Positions 26,338-32,000 of a DNA stretch of 32,000 nucleotides are shown in pieces (within the stretch, counting starts at the first letter, position 1; every line of letters starts with the position of its first letter). A program made the translations under genes and the position numbers. Under the pieces are notes generated by a model that saw only the letters and a list, made by a program, of their open reading frames with translations, had not been told where the DNA came from and did no database searches. The stretch is from Bellilinea caldifistulae (lineage in GTDB: Bacteria > Chloroflexota > Anaerolineae > Anaerolineales > Anaerolineaceae), in the NCBI RefSeq assembly GCF_001306055.1, contig NZ_LGHJ01000016.1:180001-212000 (forward strand), written 5' to 3'.

Positions 26338-26949
26338 TTAGGGATTTTCGGAAAAAGAAGGCCGGTTAACCCAATTTTCCAGATCTTCGGGAAAACGATG
26401 ATTTTGTAGTTTGATGAGTAATTGATGAGGGTTTTCTTCAACCACGAATAGTTCACGATGATTGGAGTAAATGAACCCTTCTTTTTGAGCATGTTCAATC
26501 AAAGAAATCAGGGGGACGAAATAGTTATTGATATTCAACATTCCCAGTGGTTTGCGATGGATGCCAATTTGAGTCCAGGTAAGGGTTTCGAATAATTCGT
26601 CAAAGGTGCCAAAACCACCCGGCAAGGCGATAAATGCGTCTGCCAACCGGCTCATCAAGGCTTTGCGCTGGTGCATGTTCTCCACAATTCTTAATTCACT
26701 GAGTTGATTGTGAATTAACTGTGGTTGAAAAAGAGAGCGGGGCACTACTCCAATAACCATTGCGCCGGCGTTTAGAGCCGCATCGGCCAGAGCGCCCATC
26801 AAGCCGGTTTTTCCACCCCCACAAATAATCTGGATACGGTTTTTTGCCAGCATGATCCCCAATTCTGCGGCTCCGTTCAGATAAGAGGGGGAGAGGTGGT
26901 CGGCAGAGCCGGCGAATACACAGATTGAGTGGATGGTATGGATTGTCAT
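26338..26949 (-). CDS. LOG-family protein (TIGR00730-type nucleotide phosphoribohydrolase, often annotated 'lysine decarboxylase-like')
   Basis: 203 aa. Motifs VFAGS, GGGKTGLMGALA and PGGFGTFDELFE (PGGxGTxxE). Confidence 0.85.
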   Translation of the reverse strand: MTIHTIHSICVFAGSADHLSPSYLNGAAELGIMLAKNRIQIICGGGKTGLMGALADAALNAGAMVIGVVPRSLFQPQLIHNQLSELRIVENMHQRKALMSRLADAFIALPGGFGTFDELFETLTWTQIGIHRKPLGMLNINNYFVPLISLIEHAQKEGFIYSNHRELFVVEENPHQLLIKLQNHRFPEDLENWVNRPSFSENP

Positions 26950-27218
26950 AAGCCTATTTTATAGGAATTTTCGGTAAAAATGAGGGTATTGTTTGTATCA
27001 CCCCAAAGTACATGACATTCGTCCTAATTTGACTGTAATATCAGAATTCAGACCAATTTAATATTGTATTAAGATAACAGAGTCGGTATAATTTTCTCTA
27101 ATGAGGTTTTAATCTGATCCAAAGGAGGTGGTTATCTGCAGGAATTTTTATGAGGTATCCTGAGAATTTTTTTACACCCAATTTCCCAAAAAATTTTAGA
27201 GAAAGGATGGAGAGCAAT

Positions 27219-29405
27219 ATGACAAGAAGACTACTCAAAGGCTTCCTCATGGTCGCCCTGTTTGTAGTAGTTGGAGTTGTTTTAACGGCCTGTCAACAAG
27301 CAACTCCAGAGCCAACGCAGCCGCCCGCTCCACCACAACCAACTGCCGTGCCCTGTCCAACATCTGCACCCTGCCCGGCTGCACCAGATTTATCCAGCGA
27401 GGTGCCGTATTATGCTTTGTGGATGAATTCGGGACACGCGGATGCAACTGCTGAGGCCTTCCGCCACTGGGATAGCGAAAATCCTGCTGAAGTTCCTCCA
27501 ACTTGTGCCAAGTGCCACAGCAGCGCCGGTTTCCTGGATTATATCGGGGCGGATGGCAGCCAGGCATTTGCTGTAGATAAGCCGGCACCAACCGACACGG
27601 TTATCAACTGCAATACCTGTCATAATCCTTCTACCGAATCCCTCACCACAGTGAAGTTCCCCTCTGGTGTGGAATTGACCGGTTTGGGACGGGAAGCCGT
27701 GTGTATGACTTGCCACCAAGGCAATGCTTCAATGGTGCAGGTAGATGAAGCCATCCAAAAAGCCGGCGCGACGGATGAAGATGCGGTTGTCGGAGAACTT
27801 GGCTTTATCAATATCCACTACTACGCGGCTGCAGTCAGCCGGTACGGAGCTCAAGTCAAAGGCGGCTATCAATATCCCGGAAAATCTTATGATGTATTGT
27901 TTGAACATGTCTCCGGTGTGCAGGCTTGCCAGGATTGCCACAATTCTCACTCCCTGGAGTTGAAGACGGAGAGTTGCGTGAGCTGCCATCCGGGTGCCAA
28001 CTCGGTTGAAGGGGTGCGGGCAATCCGCATGGCGTCTTCTCTGACCGATTACGATGGAGATGGCGACATCAAAGAAGGATTAGCGGATGAAATCGCCGGT
28101 TTAAGGGATATGTTATACACCGCCATACAAGCGTACGCCAAAGAAGTAGCCGGTACGGCAATTGTCTATGACAAAAATGCCTATCCATACTTTTTCATTG
28201 ACACGAACGAGAATGGCAGTGTTGATGAAGGCGAAGCCATCTTCCCGAACAAATATGCCTCGTGGACGCCCCGTTTGGAAAAGGCTGCCTTCAACTTCCA
28301 GGTGGCAATGAAAGATCCCGGCGGTTATGCTCATGGTGGAAAATACATCATCCAACTTCTGTACGACTCGATTGAAAACCTGAACGAAAAACTTGCCACA
28401 CCGGTAGATTTGAGTATGGCGAATCGGGTGGATGCGGGTCACTTTGATGGTTCGGCTGAAGCCTTCCGGCACTGGGATGCGGAAGGTAAAGTTCCGAATG
28501 CCTGTGTCAAGTGTCACACGGCTGACGGCTTACCGCAATTCATTGCAGAAGGTGTCAATATTTCAATGATGCCTTCCAATGGCCTGCGCTGCGAAACCTG
28601 CCATAATGATCTGTCCACCTTCTCGTTGTACCAGGTCGAAACGGTCACTTTCCCCAGTGGTGCAAAGTTGGGGTTTGAAAACAGCCCGAATGACAACTTG
28701 TGTCTCAACTGTCACCAGGGCCGAGAATCGACCGTGAGTGTCAACCGAGCCATCGCGGGGTTGGAACCGGATACTCCCTCCGATAAATTGACCTTCCGCA
28801 ATGTTCACTACTTTGCTGCAGGTGCAACGCTATTCGGATCGGAGGCGCAGGGCGTTTATCAGTACGCTGGCAAAGAATATGCTGGCAAGTTTGAACATAT
28901 TCCCAATTATCAAGCCTGCTCGGATTGCCATGATGCCCACAAACTCACGGTTGAGGAGGGCGCCTGCCGGGCTTGCCATCAGGTAGAGGATGTTACCCAG
29001 ATTCGTCTCGAAGATCCGAAGGTGGATTATGATGGCGATGGGGATGTAAATGAAGGCATCAAGGGTGAAATTGACACTCTGGCCGAGATCCTCTATCAAG
29101 CCATTCGTACTTACGCTAAGGATGTAGCGGGTTCACCGATTGCATACTCGCCAACTGCTTATCCCTACTTCTTTGTGGATACAAACGAAGATGGGGTGGC
29201 ATCCCCCGATGAGGCGATCTTCCCCAATCGCTATGTATCCTGGACTCCGAGACTTTTGCAGGCGGCATACAATTACCAGTATGTCCAGAAAGATCCGGGC
29301 GGGTACGTGCACAACGGCAAATACATCCTGCAAGTGCTGTATGATTCAATTGTGGATTTGAGCAGCAAAGTGCAGGTCAATACGGCTAATCTCAAGCGGC
29401 CGTAA
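27219..29405 (+). CDS. Decaheme c-type cytochrome lipoprotein built from two pentaheme modules
   Basis: Ten CxxCH motifs: CAKCH, CNTCH, CMTCH, CQDCH, CVSCH, CVKCH, CETCH, CLNCH, CSDCH, CRACH. Lipoprotein signal MTRRLLKGFLMVALFVVVGVVLTAC (lipobox LTAC), followed by a Pro-rich linker. The track start is 27150. I prefer the ATG at 27219 (GGAG 6 nt upstream), with 27207 as an alternative. Confidence 0.85.
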   Translation: MTRRLLKGFLMVALFVVVGVVLTACQQATPEPTQPPAPPQPTAVPCPTSAPCPAAPDLSSEVPYYALWMNSGHADATAEAFRHWDSENPAEVPPTCAKCHSSAGFLDYIGADGSQAFAVDKPAPTDTVINCNTCHNPSTESLTTVKFPSGVELTGLGREAVCMTCHQGNASMVQVDEAIQKAGATDEDAVVGELGFINIHYYAAAVSRYGAQVKGGYQYPGKSYDVLFEHVSGVQACQDCHNSHSLELKTESCVSCHPGANSVEGVRAIRMASSLTDYDGDGDIKEGLADEIAGLRDMLYTAIQAYAKEVAGTAIVYDKNAYPYFFIDTNENGSVDEGEAIFPNKYASWTPRLEKAAFNFQVAMKDPGGYAHGGKYIIQLLYDSIENLNEKLATPVDLSMANRVDAGHFDGSAEAFRHWDAEGKVPNACVKCHTADGLPQFIAEGVNISMMPSNGLRCETCHNDLSTFSLYQVETVTFPSGAKLGFENSPNDNLCLNCHQGRESTVSVNRAIAGLEPDTPSDKLTFRNVHYFAAGATLFGSEAQGVYQYAGKEYAGKFEHIPNYQACSDCHDAHKLTVEEGACRACHQVEDVTQIRLEDPKVDYDGDGDVNEGIKGEIDTLAEILYQAIRTYAKDVAGSPIAYSPTAYPYFFVDTNEDGVASPDEAIFPNRYVSWTPRLLQAAYNYQYVQKDPGGYVHNGKYILQVLYDSIVDLSSKVQVNTANLKRP
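27429..28400 (+). repeat. Intragenic pentaheme module, copy 1
   Basis: GHADATAEAFRHWD...5x CxxCH...DYDGDGDIKEG...YPYFFIDTNENGSVDEGEAIFPN...KDPGGYAHGGKYIIQLLYDSI is collinear with copy 2. Confidence 0.7.
28434..29402 (+). repeat. Intragenic pentaheme module, copy 2
   Basis: GHFDGSAEAFRHWD...5x CxxCH...DYDGDGDVNEG...YPYFFVDTNEDGVASPDEAIFPN...KDPGGYVHNGKYILQVLYDSI. The period is about 335 aa. Divergence is at the protein level, not a recent DNA duplication. Confidence 0.7.
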
Positions 29406-29422
29406 GCCAGCCCAAGCAATTC

Positions 29423-29462
29423 AAAAAAAATCAAACCCTGCAATCAGCAGGGTTTGATTTTT
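29423..29462 (+). terminator. Intrinsic terminator after the decaheme cytochrome gene
   Basis: A-tract, then a 14-bp stem AAATCAAACCCTGC (29428-29441) with GCAGGGTTTGATTT (29447-29460) and a 5-nt loop, then a T-run. The shape is symmetric (bidirectional). Confidence 0.75.
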
Positions 29463-29633
29463 AGTGTCAAGTATCATTGCATAAATAGGATGAATTTCAT
29501 GGTTTTTCGTGAGTGACAGGAAAGAATTATTTGGAGTTTAATGTATAATTAATTTTGTTTACCAATCTTGTCTTATCGTAAATGTAGTGTTTCCCGGTGA
29601 TCGAATCCCTTTGGGTAAGGAGCATTCATACTC

Positions 29634-30938
29634 ATGGCTAACCGTTACAGATATTCTTCAAGGCTGCTTGTGGTTGCAATTGCCGTGGTGTTCGTTGCAA
29701 TTGGCCTGGCAGGAGTCGTTTCTCAAAATAAGCCACAAATAGTGTTGGCCGAAGCGCCTTTGGTAGAGAAAGGGCAATTGCCGAACAATGCGGCTTGTCT
29801 TTCCTGTCACATGGTTGAAGGCCAGGTTAAGGAATTTCCAAATGGGGACTTAATTTCGGTGGTAATTGCTCCTGAGACCTACGGTCTTTCGGCTCATGCT
29901 ACGTTAAGTTGTCAGGTTTGTCACACCAATATCAGCGGATATCCGCACCCTGAAAATTTGGCTCAATCCAGCCGGGATTACACTTTGCAATATCAGAATA
30001 CCTGCAATCAGTGTCATCCATCTCAGGCAACAGAACTATTAGACAGCGTTCATTCAAAAATAATGGCAGAAGGCAATTTGAATGCGCCCATTTGTGCGGA
30101 TTGTCATAATCCTCACGAACAACCGAAAATCAAAAAGGACGAGCAGGGCCGTCTGACGGCTGTCGAACATGCGCAATCTGCAATGGTGTGCGGACAGTGT
30201 CATAGCACGATTTACGAGGATTATGCCAAGAGCGTACATGGTACTGGTGTGTTGGTGGATAAAAATCCGGACGTGCCCTCTTGCATTGATTGTCATGGCG
30301 TTCATAGCGTAAGGGGGCCAATCGGTGGAGCAGCGTTCCGATTATCTTCTCCCAAGATTTGTGCGGACTGCCACACGAACGAAGAAATTATGTCCAAGTA
30401 TGGGCTTTCGACTCAAGTGCTGCAAACTTATATTGCAGACTTTCATGGAACAACGGTAACCTTGTTTGAAAAACTTGACCCGGATCAACAAATCAATATG
30501 CCGGTTTGTTACGATTGCCATGGCGTTCATGACATTCGCCGGGCGGATGATCCGGAAAAGGGATTGCAAGTCAAGCAAAATCTACTGGCTACCTGTCAGA
30601 AGTGTCACCCCGACGCTACCGAAAACTTCCCGGATGCCTGGTTGAGTCACTATATACCTGACCGCAATCGTTACCCGCTGGTGTATTGGGTGAATGAATT
30701 CTACAAGTATTTCATTCCAACGGTGTTGGGTGGCATGGGATTGTTTGTGGTCAGTGATATTTACCGACGATGGGTTGTAGATCGACGGAAGAAAAATTCC
30801 ATTCCTGCCGAAACCGTTGTTGAAAGCCAGAAGGAGACACAGGACAGTGACTCCCTTCAAGACCAACAGGAAATTAAATCTGTAGAAGAAGAAAATCAAA
30901 TCACTGATGAGAAACGGCAGGATGAGGAGAATTCGTGA
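29634..30938 (+). CDS. Nonaheme c-type cytochrome with N-terminal signal-anchor and C-terminal TM helix
   Basis: 434 aa. Nine CxxCH motifs: CLSCH, CQVCH, CNQCH, CADCH, CGQCH, CIDCH, CADCH, CYDCH, CQKCH. N-terminal TM LLVVAIAVVFVAIGLAGVV, C-terminal TM FIPTVLGGMGLFVVSDIY, and an acidic tail. AAGGAG lies upstream of the ATG. Confidence 0.85.
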   Translation: MANRYRYSSRLLVVAIAVVFVAIGLAGVVSQNKPQIVLAEAPLVEKGQLPNNAACLSCHMVEGQVKEFPNGDLISVVIAPETYGLSAHATLSCQVCHTNISGYPHPENLAQSSRDYTLQYQNTCNQCHPSQATELLDSVHSKIMAEGNLNAPICADCHNPHEQPKIKKDEQGRLTAVEHAQSAMVCGQCHSTIYEDYAKSVHGTGVLVDKNPDVPSCIDCHGVHSVRGPIGGAAFRLSSPKICADCHTNEEIMSKYGLSTQVLQTYIADFHGTTVTLFEKLDPDQQINMPVCYDCHGVHDIRRADDPEKGLQVKQNLLATCQKCHPDATENFPDAWLSHYIPDRNRYPLVYWVNEFYKYFIPTVLGGMGLFVVSDIYRRWVVDRRKKNSIPAETVVESQKETQDSDSLQDQQEIKSVEEENQITDEKRQDEENS

Positions 30939-32000
30939 TGAGCGAGAATCAGAAAACCTACACCCGCTTTAGTCTGGCTGAGCGAATTGAGCATATTGTA
31001 CTGATTGCCTCTTTCACCACCCTGGCAGTTACCGGTTTGGTGCAGAAGTTTGCTCAAAGTTCAATCTCGATTTCGATTATTGCTGCGTTGGGCGGAATTG
31101 AAATAACCCGCATCATTCACCGCGCCGCCGCGATTGTGTTCCTGGTACAGGCAATTTACCATCTGGTTGCGATTGGATATAAACTGTATGTTCAACGTAA
31201 GGAAGCCAGCATGCTGCCGGGATTTAAGGATTTGCAGGATGCTTTTCAGCATTTCCTTTACAATCTTGGATTGAGGAAAGAACGCCCCAAGATGGATCGG
31301 TATAACTTTGTCGAAAAAGCAGAGTATTGGGCGATGGTGTGGGGATTAGTGCTGATGGCCTTGACCGGGTTCATGATGTGGAATCCAATTGCCACAGCCC
31401 GCATTCTGCCGGGACAGGCCATCCCGGCAGCAAAAGTCGCTCATGGCGCAGAGGCTATTCTGGCAGTACTGGCTATTTTTATCTGGCATTTTTATCATGT
31501 CCACTTGAGAACTTTTAACAAAAGCATGTTCACCGGGAAATTGAGCCGGCATGAAATGGAAGAAGAACATGCGTTGGAATTGGAAAAAATCGAGAAGGGG
31601 CTGCTCCCACCGCCTCCCTCGCCGGAAGAATTAAAGCGAAGAAAACGAATTTACTACCCGGTTGCGGCTGTGTTGAGCCTGATTCTCTTGTTTTTTGTTT
31701 ATCGCTTTGTAACCTATGAGCAAACGGCAATTACGACCATTCCGCCGGTTTCAGCCCAATCAGAGAATGTATTTGTTCCGCAAACTCCCACTCCACTGCC
31801 TACTCGGCCACCAACGCCCACGTCGATCCCCACTCCGGCAGGACAATCTTTTGAAGGGCCGCTGAGTTGGAATAACGGCATTGGTCAGATTCTCGTTCAA
31901 CGCTGCGGCAGTTGTCATGGGGCAATGGGCGGTTTGGCTCTGAATAGTTATGAGACCGCCATGAAAGGTGGAAGGTCGGGTGCGGTGATTGTAGCCGGGG
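30938..32000 (+). CDS. FdnI/HydC-like b-type cytochrome (4 TM) + extra TM + Pro/Thr linker + C-terminal c-type heme domain (3' end outside window)
   Basis: Not in the ORF track because no stop lies in the window; I translated it by hand. MSENQKTYTRFSLAERIEHIVLIASFTTLAVTGL...IIHRAAAIVFLVQAIYHL...AEYWAMVWGLVLMALTGF...AHGAEAILAVLAIFIWHFYHV...(TM5) VAAVLSLILLFFVY...PTPLPTRPPTPTSIPTP...QRCGSCHGAMGGLALNSYETAMKGGRSGAVIVAG. The ATG overlaps the upstream TGA by 1 nt (TGATG). Confidence 0.8.
   Translation, partial: MSENQKTYTRFSLAERIEHIVLIASFTTLAVTGLVQKFAQSSISISIIAALGGIEITRIIHRAAAIVFLVQAIYHLVAIGYKLYVQRKEASMLPGFKDLQDAFQHFLYNLGLRKERPKMDRYNFVEKAEYWAMVWGLVLMALTGFMMWNPIATARILPGQAIPAAKVAHGAEAILAVLAIFIWHFYHVHLRTFNKSMFTGKLSRHEMEEEHALELEKIEKGLLPPPPSPEELKRRKRIYYPVAAVLSLILLFFVYRFVTYEQTAITTIPPVSAQSENVFVPQTPTPLPTRPPTPTSIPTPAGQSFEGPLSWNNGIGQILVQRCGSCHGAMGGLALNSYETAMKGGRSGAVIVAG

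Noticed and set aside
27121-27152. A strong SD-like AAAGGAGGTG at 27121-27130, taken as support for the ATG at 27150 being the cytochrome start.
   Set aside because: The spacing to 27150 is 21 nt, which is too long. That start would also place 23 non-signal residues ahead of a textbook lipoprotein signal peptide. The ATG at 27219, with GGAG 6 nt upstream, fits better. The start remains uncertain.

Overview
Gene-dense chromosomal window of roughly 50% GC by eye, with about 29 protein genes, one tRNA and one probable ribozyme. I saw no rRNA, CRISPR array, transposase, integrase or long non-coding repeat.

Gene order:
- (+) 3' end of a SpoU/TrmH methyltransferase, ruvA, then an F1-only ATP synthase cluster atpA-G-D-C, then mreB.
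- (-) rex, a Zn-metallopeptidase, tRNA-Arg(CCG), PrsW-like protease, an AIR-synthase-related protein, a beta-grasp/Mut7-C protein and an atypical radical SAM enzyme.
- (+) histidine phosphatase.
- (-) MFS transporter, followed by a tightly coupled six-gene operon, listed here from its downstream end: WD40 repeat protein, NrdG-like radical SAM activase, DUF2997, DUF1257, Hsp70-like ATPase, Ycf46-like AAA+ ATPase.
- (+) aldehyde:ferredoxin oxidoreductase.
- (-) a membrane-anchored hypothetical protein.
- (+) probable glmS ribozyme plus glmS.
- (-) LOG-family protein.
- (+) a decaheme lipoprotein, a nonaheme membrane-anchored cytochrome, and a cytochrome b with a C-terminal c-type heme domain, cut by the window end.

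The gene content (AOR, Rex, NrdG-like activase, multiheme cytochromes, glmS ribozyme) suggests an anaerobic or facultative bacterium, possibly Chloroflexota/Anaerolineae-like. This is a weak inference that I cannot check here.

The best candidate for an undescribed system is the six-gene (-) operon at 14468-21048. Secondary candidates are the radical SAM/Mut7-C/AIRS-like operon (9332-12298) and the cytochrome module (27219-32000). All family assignments come from reading motifs in the supplied translations; no database search was run.
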